Shown piece by piece: positions 51,171 to 62,300 of a stretch of DNA of 64,000 bases; position 1 is the first letter of the stretch; every line of letters starts with the position of its first letter. The stretch is taken from positions 23,441-87,440 of the forward strand of contig JAPLDX010000106.1 in the NCBI GenBank assembly GCA_026391215.1, written 5' to 3'. The translations under genes were made by a program, and so were the position numbers. The notes beneath the pieces are model-generated. The model was not told the DNA's origin, searched no databases, and worked only from the letters and a program-made list of their open reading frames with translations. The DNA comes from Bacteroidia bacterium (GTDB taxonomy: Bacteria; Bacteroidota; Bacteroidia; Bacteroidales; VadinHA17).

Positions 51171-52781
51171 TCATCCCTTCCTGTTTATGCAAGCCTTAAT
51201 GAACTGAACAAAGAGAGGATGAGGATTTATTACAGTACTGCTGTATTCCGGATGAAACTGAACCCCGACGAACCATTTATGGTCAGTTAGTTCCATTATT
51301 TCAACAAGTCCCGAATCAGGATTAATTCCAACAGGGATCATTCCATTATCCCTAAACTGATCCAGGTATTTATCGTTGAATTCATACCTGTGACGATGCC
51401 GCTCCACTGTCTCGGTTTTTCCATAAGCAGCATAGCTTTTTGAATTTTTACTTATTACACATTTATAACCTCCAAGTCTCATAGTTCCTCCCTTATCGGT
51501 CACACTTTTCTGTTCCTCCATGAGATCAATTACAGGATATGCAGTTTTATGATCAATTTCTGTTGAATGAGCTCCGGTGAGGTTAAGAACATTCCGTGCA
51601 AATTCAATTACAGCACATTGCATTCCAAGACAGATCCCCAGAAATGGCACATTATTTTCTCTGGCATATTTTGCTGCAGCAATCTTACCATCTATTCCTC
51701 TTGCCCCGAATCCGGGTGCTACCAGTATCCCGTCAAGATTTCCAAGCCGCTCATTCATGTTTGTTTCATTTATATCCTCTGACTGGATATAATCAATATT
51801 TATTTTACATTCATTTGTTGAGCCGCTGTGTATTAATGACTCCGAGATTGATTTATAAGCGTCAGGAAGTTCTACATATTTACCCACCAGGCCTATCTTG
51901 ATTGAATGTTTCGGATTCTTAAGTCTTTTCAGGAACTCTCTCCAGTTTGTGAGATCAGGTGCTTCTCCAATTGGCAAACCAAGTTTAGTTAGTACTGTCT
52001 GGTCAAGCTTTTCATCCAGCATTTTAATCGGGACCTCATAAATTGTAGAGACATTCACCGATTCCACTACGGCTTTTTCCTCTACGTTGCAGAAAAGTGC
52101 AACTTTACGTTTAATGCCGGCATTAAGGTTTCTTTCTGTCCGTAAAACCAGTATATCGGGTTGAATCCCTTCTTCAAGCAACGTCTTTACTGAATGCTGG
52201 GTAGGCTTTGTTTTTGATTCACCGGTCGCAGCTAAGTAAGGGACTAGAGTAAGATGGATCACAATACAGTTCTGGGCCCCAAGCTCCCATTTCAGCTGGC
52301 GGACCGCTTCAATGTAAGGCAACGATTCAATATCACCCACAGTCCCTCCTATTTCTGTAAGAACGATTTCAAATTTATTTCCGGCGCTTACAAGTTTGAT
52401 CCTCCTCTTTATTTCATCGGTGATATGAGGAATGATCTGGACGGTTTTTCCGAGGTAGTCTCCCTTTCTCTCTTTCTCAATTACTGTCTGGTAGATCTTT
52501 CCAGTAGTAACATTATTCACCTTGCCTGTCGGAACATTCAGAAACCTTTCATAATGGCCAAGATCCAGATCAGTTTCGGCGCCATCCAGAGTAACATAGC
52601 ATTCACCATGCTCATAAGGATTGAGTGTTCCCGGGTCAACGTTTATATAGGGATCAAGTTTTTGAATTGTCACTGAATAGCCTCTTGCCTGCAGTAATTT
52701 TGCAAGAGATGCCGCCAGGGTCCCTTTCCCGAGTGAAGAAGTAACCCCTCCGGTAATAAATATGTATTTTACATCTTTCAA
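51171..52781 (-). CDS. pyrG: CTP synthase (TTG start)
   Basis: GGVTSSLGKG, DPYINVDPGT, GICLGMQ, ERHRHRYE, QFHPE. Confidence 0.98.
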   Translation of the reverse strand: MKDVKYIFITGGVTSSLGKGTLAASLAKLLQARGYSVTIQKLDPYINVDPGTLNPYEHGECYVTLDGAETDLDLGHYERFLNVPTGKVNNVTTGKIYQTVIEKERKGDYLGKTVQIIPHITDEIKRRIKLVSAGNKFEIVLTEIGGTVGDIESLPYIEAVRQLKWELGAQNCIVIHLTLVPYLAATGESKTKPTQHSVKTLLEEGIQPDILVLRTERNLNAGIKRKVALFCNVEEKAVVESVNVSTIYEVPIKMLDEKLDQTVLTKLGLPIGEAPDLTNWREFLKRLKNPKHSIKIGLVGKYVELPDAYKSISESLIHSGSTNECKINIDYIQSEDINETNMNERLGNLDGILVAPGFGARGIDGKIAAAKYARENNVPFLGICLGMQCAVIEFARNVLNLTGAHSTEIDHKTAYPVIDLMEEQKSVTDKGGTMRLGGYKCVISKNSKSYAAYGKTETVERHRHRYEFNDKYLDQFRDNGMIPVGINPDSGLVEIMELTDHKWFVGVQFHPEYSSTVINPHPLFVQFIKACINRKG

Positions 52782-52823
52782 AATAAGAAGAATCTGCTGC
52801 TGTATAATTTAAATCATCCGGTA

Positions 52824-54818
52824 TTATTCATCAAGACCCGACTGGTCTATCATTTTGACCTTTTCTTCAAGAGTCTTTATCATTTTCTTTGCATGATCAA
52901 TTTTCTCTTCCACCTCCCGGATCAAAGTATCCGCATTGGATGATTTTGCAAAGAAACCAATATTATTTTCCCATAAGACAATATCACCTTCAAGCTGTTT
53001 GATCTTGGTGACAAACTTATCCCGCTCATTCCTCACCTTTCGTGATGCTTTGGGATTTGTCTTCAGGCTGTCAAGCTTAGTCTTGTATTTAAGGATGCTC
53101 TTATCCTCATCTCCGATTTTCAGCTTATCGAATTCCTTATTAACCGCATTCCTGTACCGGTTTGTAATTTCATCCTTCATATTGAAAGGAACGAATCCGA
53201 TCTCTGTCCATTTCTTCTGCATCTCCTTCAGTCGATCGAAAGCTACCTGAACGTCAGAACCTGGTTCAAATTTCTCAAGTTCTTCAATTAGAGCCATTTT
53301 AGCTTTAAGGTTATCTTCATAGGAGGTATCCAGCTCAGCAAAATACTGTGCTTTCCTGTTAAAGAAATGATCGCAGGCTTTTCTGAATCGCTTCCAGCTT
53401 TTTTCCGATTGTTTCCTTGGAACGGGTCCAACTTCCTTCCATTCTTTCTGAAGCTTTATAAGAGCATCTGAAGCTGATTTCCAGTCTGTGCTTTCCTGGA
53501 GCGCTTCAGCCTGGATACAAAGTTCAATCTTCAACTGCAGATTGTTTTGCTGGATCTCCTTATTATCAGCATAAAATCTTCTTTTCTTTTCAAAGAAGTT
53601 GTCGCAGGCATCCCTGAATCTCTGATATACTTTATTATTCTGCTTTTTCGGAGCAAATCCAATTGTTCTCCACATTTTCTGCAGATCAACGACTTTTTCA
53701 GCTTTTTCGTCAAATTCCTTGAAGTTCTTGATTTCAGATGCATTGATAGCTTCCACTTCCTCACAAAGAGTCATTTTAGCTTCCAGGTTATTGCGCTGAT
53801 CGTCCTTTTGTTTCTCAAAAAACTCATGATGTCTTTTATTAATCTGCGAAGTAGCTTCCTTAAATCTCTCCCAGATTTCATTTTTGGATTCCTGGGGTAC
53901 AGGACCTATCTCACGCCATTGATTGTGAAAATCCTGCAATGATCTGAAGGCATTTATGGGATGGGGTTCCAGAAGGAGTTGTTCAGCTTTTTCGCATAAA
54001 GCAATCTTTAGTTCCAGGTTCTTTTTCAGATCAAGATCCCTGAGCTCTTTATTGATCTTAATATAATCGTAGAAGATCTCAACATTATGATGATAATTTT
54101 CCCAAAGGTCTTTCAGTGCATTCTGAGGCACAATCCCTATTGAATGCCATTCATTCTGAAGTGACCTGAACTCATGAAATGTTTTATTTATTGATTCCTC
54201 GCGATTGACAAGTTCCTTAATATTATCAATTATATCGTATTTCTTTTTGAGGTTTTCGAATTTCTCGGCTTCCTGTATCCTATTATAATCCGACTTTCTT
54301 TCCTTATATTTCTCAAGAAGGTGTTTTACTCTTGCTTCTGAGGGATCAACCCAGGCACGGTACTCTTCAATCTTGCCTCCTTCTGCCAGGAATTTATTCT
54401 TCCGATCATCAGATTCCTGTTTCAGCTTCTTGTAAAAAAGTGCCTTGATACGGTCTATATCATTATGGATCTCGGCAGGTGGTCTGTTATCTATAATCAG
54501 AGAGAGAGTTTCTACCAGCTCATTTTTCGTATATCCCGAATAATCAACCGGAGGAAGAATAACATCATCCAGACTTGGGACATTTTCTTCCTTTACTTCT
54601 TCATTCTCTGACTCTGCAGCATCGGCTTTTCTTGATCTTCGCCTTACTTTCTTACTGACACCCTCTGTGCTTTCCGCTTCTTTTTCAATCTCAACCTTAG
54701 TGTCTTTTTCATCCGCTTTTTCAGCATGTGTGGTCTCTTCAGTTCCGGCGGCATTTCCATTTGCCCCGGATTGTTCTTCATGAACAGAGTCATCCGGATT
54801 TTTCTCAATCATAATCAA
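52824..54818 (-). CDS. DUF349 repeat protein
   Basis: Repeated W(R/K)xIGPVP...WxRFxxAxDxFF units. Confidence 0.9.
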   Translation of the reverse strand: MIMIEKNPDDSVHEEQSGANGNAAGTEETTHAEKADEKDTKVEIEKEAESTEGVSKKVRRRSRKADAAESENEEVKEENVPSLDDVILPPVDYSGYTKNELVETLSLIIDNRPPAEIHNDIDRIKALFYKKLKQESDDRKNKFLAEGGKIEEYRAWVDPSEARVKHLLEKYKERKSDYNRIQEAEKFENLKKKYDIIDNIKELVNREESINKTFHEFRSLQNEWHSIGIVPQNALKDLWENYHHNVEIFYDYIKINKELRDLDLKKNLELKIALCEKAEQLLLEPHPINAFRSLQDFHNQWREIGPVPQESKNEIWERFKEATSQINKRHHEFFEKQKDDQRNNLEAKMTLCEEVEAINASEIKNFKEFDEKAEKVVDLQKMWRTIGFAPKKQNNKVYQRFRDACDNFFEKKRRFYADNKEIQQNNLQLKIELCIQAEALQESTDWKSASDALIKLQKEWKEVGPVPRKQSEKSWKRFRKACDHFFNRKAQYFAELDTSYEDNLKAKMALIEELEKFEPGSDVQVAFDRLKEMQKKWTEIGFVPFNMKDEITNRYRNAVNKEFDKLKIGDEDKSILKYKTKLDSLKTNPKASRKVRNERDKFVTKIKQLEGDIVLWENNIGFFAKSSNADTLIREVEEKIDHAKKMIKTLEEKVKMIDQSGLDE

Positions 54819-55174
54819 TCCTTTCTAGTTTCAGCCTCGTTTCCATTCTTCACCATGGCGTTCCATGGATTTTTAAGACTACGAAAATATTGAAATATTT
54901 ATTAAAACTCTAGAAAGTTTAATAATATCTTTGAAAAAAATTGCAAGTCATAAAAGCTGTTTAACCAGCTAAACAGTGCAAAATATCATATTTTATGGAT
55001 ACAACAGAAGTAATCTTAATTGCAGCAGCCTTACTGGCACTTGGATTCAGCCTTTACAGGAAATTTGTTAAAAAGGACCAGGGGAAAAGCAGCTATGGTC
55101 AAAAAGAAAAGCCAGGTTCAGCATTCTCTTTGTACTCAAAGGATGATGATTATGAACCGTATTCAAAAAAATAA

Positions 55175-56467
55175 TCAGCTCCGTCTGCTTTTTGATGCCA
55201 GGTAACGGAATGGATTGATGATTTTCTGGATTAATCTCAGATCTTCCGTAATTATTTCAGCGGTGCCCTGCATATTCTGGGTAAAATCGAGCTTCCTGCC
55301 ATACAGGGTAGTGAGTCCCTTCGGTAAAGTGACTTCAATTACATATGAATCGCCGGCAGGGACAAGCGATTTTGATTTAACGATGCCTCTCACCATACCA
55401 TATTCAAGATATGGAAATCCGCTCAGTTTTATATTGACGGCCTGATCAATCTTCACTTTCCCTGACCTTTGCATTTTCAGATTTATTCTGCCAACAAAGT
55501 CTCCTGCATTTTTCGGCACAACGGAAATTACCGGTTGATTAATGCTTATTGATTGATTTTCGCTCCAGTAATCGGTAAATGCCACTATTCCTTCTACCGG
55601 AGATATAAGAAGATAACTGTTCTCCCATATTTGCATTTGTGCATTCAGGTTAAGGAATGCTTCGTTGAGGGCAGATACAAGCTTTTCCTTCTCCTCTTGC
55701 CTGTTAATGCGATAATCCTGCAGGAGCTGATTTTTTTCAGCCAGTTCAATCACTTTCGCTGAATTGTCAAGCCTGACTTCCTGCAATTCCAGCCTGATCC
55801 TGATAAATGCCTGCCTGGAATTTTCAAGATCACTTTCCGAATACACCCTGCCGGAATGAAGTATTGAATCTCTTTCATATTTTCTTTTTTCAATGATCAG
55901 GTTCTCTGAAACAAGCTGTTCCTTTATATTGATCCTTTCAATGTAATCTTGTATTCCTGCTATCTCATCAGTAATTGAATTGATTTTACTTCCATAAAAA
56001 TCATTATTCATATAAGTATTATAATCAGAAAGGACTTTCATAAATGATGCATAATATTCCTGGATCTCACCAAGTTTATATAAACCGGGAAATGACTCAG
56101 ATAATAATATCTCAGGCCTCTGTACTGTATCAATAATCGTTTTCAGCAGTTCAATTTCGCGTATAGAAGCAGCAGTCTCCATAACTGCCAGAAGCTGTCC
56201 CGGTGAAACATTTTCCCCGTTTTTTACGTATAATTTATTTATATGCCCTGTTATTTTACTGACAAGCGTTACAGGAGGATTTATCGTTGTTATCTCCACA
56301 GGAGCAGGAATAACATCAGGATACTTTATAAGCCAGGACAAGAGTATTATTAATGCAAAAACCGAGAATATCACTGTTGTCCCCCACCTTATAATCTTTC
56401 GCGGCGGATTGGAAATAATCTCCTTCACAGGATCAGAATATAATATCTCAGGTTTCTTGTCTTTCAT
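55175..56467 (-). CDS. HlyD-family membrane fusion protein
   Basis: N-terminal TM after PPRKIIRWG, long coiled coil, GQLLA, FPYLEYG, GTAEIITED. Confidence 0.9.
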   Translation of the reverse strand: MKDKKPEILYSDPVKEIISNPPRKIIRWGTTVIFSVFALIILLSWLIKYPDVIPAPVEITTINPPVTLVSKITGHINKLYVKNGENVSPGQLLAVMETAASIREIELLKTIIDTVQRPEILLSESFPGLYKLGEIQEYYASFMKVLSDYNTYMNNDFYGSKINSITDEIAGIQDYIERINIKEQLVSENLIIEKRKYERDSILHSGRVYSESDLENSRQAFIRIRLELQEVRLDNSAKVIELAEKNQLLQDYRINRQEEKEKLVSALNEAFLNLNAQMQIWENSYLLISPVEGIVAFTDYWSENQSISINQPVISVVPKNAGDFVGRINLKMQRSGKVKIDQAVNIKLSGFPYLEYGMVRGIVKSKSLVPAGDSYVIEVTLPKGLTTLYGRKLDFTQNMQGTAEIITEDLRLIQKIINPFRYLASKSRRS

Positions 56468-56476
56468 TAACGCAAA

Positions 56477-58663
56477 CTATTTCCCCAGCTCAAGCTGGTT
56501 TTTCACAAGATTGAAATACGGTCCGTTGTCCTCTATAAGTGATCCATGTGTTCCTGTTTCCACAATTCTGCCGTTGTCCATGACAACAATTTTATCAGCG
56601 TTTCTGACGGTACTGAGTCTGTGAGCAACAATAATCACTGTTTTACCCTTGAAGAAACTTGTAAGATTTTCTACAATAGCCTTTTCATTGTTGGCATCCA
56701 GCGAGTTTGTTGCTTCATCAAAAATTATAATATCAGGATTTTTGTAGACAACCCGTGCTATCAGCAATCTTTGCATTTGTCCCTCACTCAGGCCATGGCC
56801 ATTGGCTCCTACTTTTGTATTATACCCGATAGGCAGTGATTCTATAAATCCTTTAATATTTGCTGTCTCTGCTGCCCTGACCATTTTCTCTTCATCAATT
56901 TCCGCTTCGCCGGGAGCAATATTTGCTGCTATCGTATCCGGGAAGAGAAATCCATCCTGCATGACAGCGCCTGTCTTTTCACGCCATACTTTAAGGCTGA
57001 GGTTTGCAAGATGCGTATCTCCTATCAATATCTCTCCGGCTACAGGCTGGTAAAATCCGAGGAGCAGTTTGAGCAGTGTGGTTTTGCCGCTTCCGCTTGT
57101 GCCGACAATTGCTGTAGTCCTGTTTTCCTCGATATAAAGATCGGCATCTTTTATAGCATATGGTGAATGAGGTCCTTCGTATTGAAATGAAACGTTATTA
57201 ATAAAAATATCCTTTCTTTCAGGAAGCTTTCTTACCTTATATTCGGGATCAATCTCCTCGTCCTGCATTTCGTGAACTTCTGAGAGGCGGTCAAGACTCA
57301 TCTTTGCATCCTGCGACATTCTGAAAAAGGCAATTATCTGGCTTACCGGCACATTCATCTGGCCTATGATAAACTGTACTGCAAGCATCATACCCAGGGT
57401 CATGCTTCCCTTGAGTACAGATGTTGCTGCAACGATGGTGATCAACAGATTGGTTACTTCGTTTATGAATGTTGCACCTGCAGACTGATACTGGATTATT
57501 CCAAGACCTTTGATCTTAAGCCCGAAAAGTGTTGCCTGCAGCTTTTCCCAATCCCATCTCTTGCTTGTTTCACTTTGTGTGAGCTTGATCTCCTGCATTC
57601 CATTCACAATATTTATCAGCTTATTTCCTGACAGTGACATCTGCTTAAAACGCTGCTGGTCAAGCCTGGCTCGTGACTTCATGAATAGTGATACCCACAA
57701 GATATACAGGGCAGATCCAATAAGGAACACAGTCAGTATCTTAACATTGAAAATTGCGAGAACAATACCAAAAATTATAAGATTGAAGAAAGAGAAAAGG
57801 ATAGAAAGACTAGCCGAAGTAAGGAATTCTTCTATCCTGTTATTGTCTTCTATTCTCTGAAGAATATCACCTGTAAGTTTTGTATCGAAGAAAGCAATTG
57901 GCAAGGACATCAGTTTCTGAAGGAAACCTGAAATTATTGCTACATTAATCCTGGTCCCTATATGCAGGAGGAGCCATCCCCTGATGAATTCAACCGACAT
58001 TCTTCCGATCACTAGAGCAAGTTGTGCAAACAGGATCAGGTAAATGAAGCCTATGTCGTTATTATTCAGTCCAATATCTATTATTGACTTTGTAAGGAAA
58101 GGTATAATCAACTGGATCAGGCTTCCGAGAAGCAAACCAAGGATCAGTTGGAAAAGGTACTTGTCATACAGACGGAAATATTTGAAGAGGAACCTGAATC
58201 CATTTGATTTCTCATGTTCGTTCTCTTTTTCGAAAAGTGCAGGTGTGGGTTCAATAATAAGTACCAGTCCTGCCGGCTTTCCTTCGGACATAGTTGAAGC
58301 CCAGTTGCTGGTAAACTCATCGCGGTCATATTTAACAAGTCCGATAGCCGGATCAGCAGCCCATACTTTGTCATTCTTAATCTTATAAACCACAATGAAA
58401 TGACGTTGCCGCCAATGAACTATGCATGGCAGAGGGACACGCTCTTCCATCATTTCAAAAGGGATCTTAACGCCAATTGTTTTGAATCCCAGAGAATCAG
58501 CAGCCTCTGAAAGCCCAAGAAATGATACTCCCTCTCTGGTAATAAAACATTTTCTCCGGATGGTTTCCAGAGAAAAGTTTTTTTTGTAAAACGCTGCAAC
58601 CATTTTCAGGCATGCCGGCCCGCAATCCATTGCATCAGGTTGTTTTACAAAGGGAAACGACAT
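56477..58663 (-). CDS. Peptidase-containing ABC transporter (C39 PCAT; double-glycine peptide exporter)
   Basis: C39 domain QPDAMDCGPACL / HWRQRHFIVV / DP; TM domain; Walker A GTSGSGKTT, Walker B FDEAT, AHRLST. Confidence 0.93.
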   Translation of the reverse strand: MSFPFVKQPDAMDCGPACLKMVAAFYKKNFSLETIRRKCFITREGVSFLGLSEAADSLGFKTIGVKIPFEMMEERVPLPCIVHWRQRHFIVVYKIKNDKVWAADPAIGLVKYDRDEFTSNWASTMSEGKPAGLVLIIEPTPALFEKENEHEKSNGFRFLFKYFRLYDKYLFQLILGLLLGSLIQLIIPFLTKSIIDIGLNNNDIGFIYLILFAQLALVIGRMSVEFIRGWLLLHIGTRINVAIISGFLQKLMSLPIAFFDTKLTGDILQRIEDNNRIEEFLTSASLSILFSFFNLIIFGIVLAIFNVKILTVFLIGSALYILWVSLFMKSRARLDQQRFKQMSLSGNKLINIVNGMQEIKLTQSETSKRWDWEKLQATLFGLKIKGLGIIQYQSAGATFINEVTNLLITIVAATSVLKGSMTLGMMLAVQFIIGQMNVPVSQIIAFFRMSQDAKMSLDRLSEVHEMQDEEIDPEYKVRKLPERKDIFINNVSFQYEGPHSPYAIKDADLYIEENRTTAIVGTSGSGKTTLLKLLLGFYQPVAGEILIGDTHLANLSLKVWREKTGAVMQDGFLFPDTIAANIAPGEAEIDEEKMVRAAETANIKGFIESLPIGYNTKVGANGHGLSEGQMQRLLIARVVYKNPDIIIFDEATNSLDANNEKAIVENLTSFFKGKTVIIVAHRLSTVRNADKIVVMDNGRIVETGTHGSLIEDNGPYFNLVKNQLELGK

Positions 58664-58785
58664 CTCTCTTTCTGAAATAGATTCTTATACCTGTAAAGAT
58701 ATTTATATTTTGAATAGAAAATAACGGTAACCGCCATAAATTCAAAACTCGCACCTATTTCAAATATTATCCTGTGTGGAAATAC

Positions 58786-58793
58786 TATATTTG
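58786..58793 (+). promoter_or_regulatory. Bacteroidota housekeeping -7 element for the ECF sigma gene
   Basis: TATATTTG matches TAnnTTTG, about 25 nt before the TTG at 58819. Confidence 0.5.
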
Positions 58794-58818
58794 CCAATTA
58801 TATTCTATCAGACCGGGG

Positions 58819-59385
58819 TTGTTTAATAAAATATCAGATAAAAGCATAATTGAGGGTATCAGGAAACAGGACGATAAGACCCTGAATTGGCTGTATGATA
58901 ATTATTTTCAAACAGTTAAGAATTATGTTATAAAAAACAGCGGGACTGAAGAGGATGTTTCTGATGTTTTTCAGGATTCAATAATAATATTGTATAATCA
59001 GATTGCCGGAGAGAGCCTGAATCTAACGACTGATCTTAAAGGTTATTTCTTTGGTATAGCCCGCAATATATGGAGTTCCCAGCTACGGAAGAAACGAAGA
59101 ACGACAGGACTTGATATAGACCTTCCTGATGAACTGCCTCATGAAGAAACAGATGAACTGCTGTTTGAAAGGATAGTGAGCAGGGCTTTCCAGAAGCTTA
59201 AGCCTGACAACCAGACTATATTGACGTTATACTCTGATGGTCATTCCTATGAAGAGATTGCTGTCAGAATGAATCTGAAGAATGAAATTTATGCTCGCAG
59301 GAAGAAGTATCTCAGCAAAGAGGCGTTGATAGAAATTATCAAGGAAGATCCGGAATATCAGGAATATTTGAAATACCGGAAATAA
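58819..59385 (+). CDS. ECF (sigma-70 group 4) RNA polymerase sigma factor
   Basis: Region 2 LYDNYFQTVKNYV...DVSDVFQDSII, YFFGIARNIW; region 4 SYEEIAVRM. TTG start at 58819 is favoured by the promoter position. Confidence 0.9.
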   Translation: MFNKISDKSIIEGIRKQDDKTLNWLYDNYFQTVKNYVIKNSGTEEDVSDVFQDSIIILYNQIAGESLNLTTDLKGYFFGIARNIWSSQLRKKRRTTGLDIDLPDELPHEETDELLFERIVSRAFQKLKPDNQTILTLYSDGHSYEEIAVRMNLKNEIYARRKKYLSKEALIEIIKEDPEYQEYLKYRK

Positions 59386-62300
59386 ACGGCAAGCATAAGA
59401 ATAACAATTATAATGATTGCCGCTGGCAAGAATAATCCGGAAGGATATACTGGCGAATTATCTCCGTAGACTACCACCGAGGACCAGAAATATGGATGGG
59501 ACTTCAGCTGACTTGCTTTTTTCAGATATGTCGATCTTGCCTTTCTTAAAGCCATGCTTTTTGATTTTCCCTTATGCAGGTTATCATAGAACATCTTAAT
59601 AATATCTGTTCCTGACTGGTCCTCTATCTCCCACATGGACATAGTCACAGACTGACTGCCTGAATAAAGAAATCCCCTGGCAAGGCTAAGTATCCCTTCA
59701 CCCGAAAAAAGGAAACCGGAACCTGTATTGCATGAGCTGAGTACCACCATTTTTGCTTTCAGAGGTATTCCATAGACTTCATAAGTATTAAGAAGACCAT
59801 CCTCAGGCATATCGTTGATTTGTGAGAATATCATGGCAGAATTCATAGGATTTTGATCGTTAAGGTAGGTATGCATTGCCATATGAATAATATCATATTT
59901 CCCAGCTTCAGCCTTGAAGACAGATTCCCGCGCATCGTCATTAATATACAAAGTACCATGAGATATTTCAGATATATATTCTGCTTCCATGCGGGCATAT
60001 GGCAGGTCATACAGTATTTCGCTTTCCGCTTTTCTCCTCACAAATAGTGAATCAATATAGACCTCTTTTGTGTATGCCGGGGCAAATGCTATAAGATCCC
60101 GTGTTTTTCCATACTCTCTGGCAACAGTCTCTTTCATGAATGATGCAGAATAGGTATATGAGATATTGAATTCATTCATCATGTAAGGCAATTTACGATA
60201 GACAATGCCTTCTCCCTGATAGATGGAAGATAAAAATGCCTCAAATGGAAGGTAAGAAAGAATATTATCCGGCGAAATCACCAAATCATCAGAAATAAAG
60301 TACTTACGTACTGGTTCAACTAGGATTTTATAAAGGTCATGTCCTATTTGCTGATAGGAAGTGAATTTTCCCCTTGCATTTTCCGACAGGTTTGAATTTG
60401 AAAGGAGAGTTCTGAATTCCTTTAGTTTCCATATGAACGTCGAGTCTATATCAGTTTTCAGAATCTGCTGGTACTTCCGGTTTACAATGAAAATATAGAT
60501 GAGGGAATCCGATACTACATAATTGAGATAATTGACATTGCGGCCTATGATCTTCGGAATGTCTTTCATAACAAGAGCAGAGGTACTGTATTTAATAGCG
60601 TAATATCCCGGGTAGTCTCTTTCATAGGTCGCAACCAGTGAATCTCTTATTTGTACTGCTATGAGAAGGCTCTTATTCCATTCTGAGGTTTTGTTAATGT
60701 CAGGGAATTCCATTTCATTCTCTTTTGATATTTCGGCATTATAATAACCTATTTCATTTTGAAGTGATTTTTCCAGCTCAGCAACCGTTGGTGGTATATG
60801 AAAGTCAATTGCGTTCAATTCGCGGGTCGCGGCAAGCAATACTGCTGCTTTGCTCTTTTCAACATACTCAAAAGTCTTTTCCAGGAACCAGTTTTTGCCA
60901 GTATTACGGAAACATAATTCAAAATCGCGTATAGCAAAAAGATATGAGTCTCTGTAGTTGTCTCCAAGCACCATCCTGCTCTCCTCTTCGCTTATATTGA
61001 TCCTTATTCTGTCAATCAGTGAAATTATAAGCTCAGAAGTATTTGCAGCTGATTCCAGTACTTCCTGGTCAGCTGATCCTGAATATATTTTCCATAATAA
61101 TTCATATTTGAAACGAAGTATCCGTAAGGTCCTGTCGTCAGCAGTTAATCTTGAGATGTCAGGATTTTCATATTTCCCATACAATTTCCCCTGATCAATA
61201 TCGGAAAACAGCAATTCCTGTATTTTTTCCATTGCTTTAAGATTATCACCATTTCCCGAAAGGCTTTTTGCATAGCCGACAATTACAGGGTCTCTTAACA
61301 CAACCACTTCTTGATGCTGCTCTATGTATTCAATACATGGCATATAATACCTGATGGAATTCTGATAATCATGCTTATATATCCGTAAATAATTTGCATA
61401 ATTTATTAAAACTTCAATATAAAATCTTGAATCAGAACCATATACATTCTTTGATCTTTGAAGTAAAATGAGCAGCAATTCCTCTCCTTTGTCGATCATC
61501 CCTGAATTTCCAAGCTCATCTGCAAAATTATTTATCAGGTTAAACGCCATGTTTGAATTGCTGGAAAAAGCAAGTTCAAGACCTTTGTCATAATATTCCT
61601 TTTCCTTACTGGTCAGCCCCAGAGTTCCATAGGTGGATGCCAGGTTATTGATCAGGTTTATATAAGCCTCATCCTTAGTCAGATTATTTTTATAATAGAT
61701 TGATTCGGCTTCTTCCAGGTATATTCTTGCTTTTGTATGGTCGGCCAGCCTGGCATAACCGACTCCCATACTGTTATATAACCTGCATAGTTCTGATCCC
61801 TGCAAGGCATTTTTGTTCACACCTAATATTTCCAGAGCTTTAAAGGAATAACTTTTGAAGTTTTCATAATCATTATTCTCAAGGGCTGCACCTACAAGTG
61901 ATGAATATGCTTCTGCGATCTGAGGACTATAATATCCGTACAATTTTGTACCTATTGTTATGTATTGCAGCATATAGTAACCTGATCTTGTAAAATCACC
62001 CAACAAATTATATGCTACCCCGAGGTCATAAATTCCATTGGCATAATGATCATCCGTAATTCCAAACTCCTCCTTTATATCTACACTTAGATTGAGCCAG
62101 GGAAGTGCATAACCGTACTTATTTGCAAGCAGACTGCAGACACCAATATAGTAATATATTTCAGCAAGTGTCACGCTATCCGGGGGATTAATGGTCAGTG
62201 ATCTTTTAAGACTATCGGATAAGGATATTAATCCATTGATATCTTGTGCATCATTTAGAGAATTGACAAATGCATTTAATTTTTCGAGGGAGGCTGGAAG

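Noticed and set aside
55020-55205. 61-aa ORF next to hlyD as a possible PCAT substrate
   Set aside because: No double-glycine leader, TTG start, and it overlaps the hlyD 3' end on the opposite strand.
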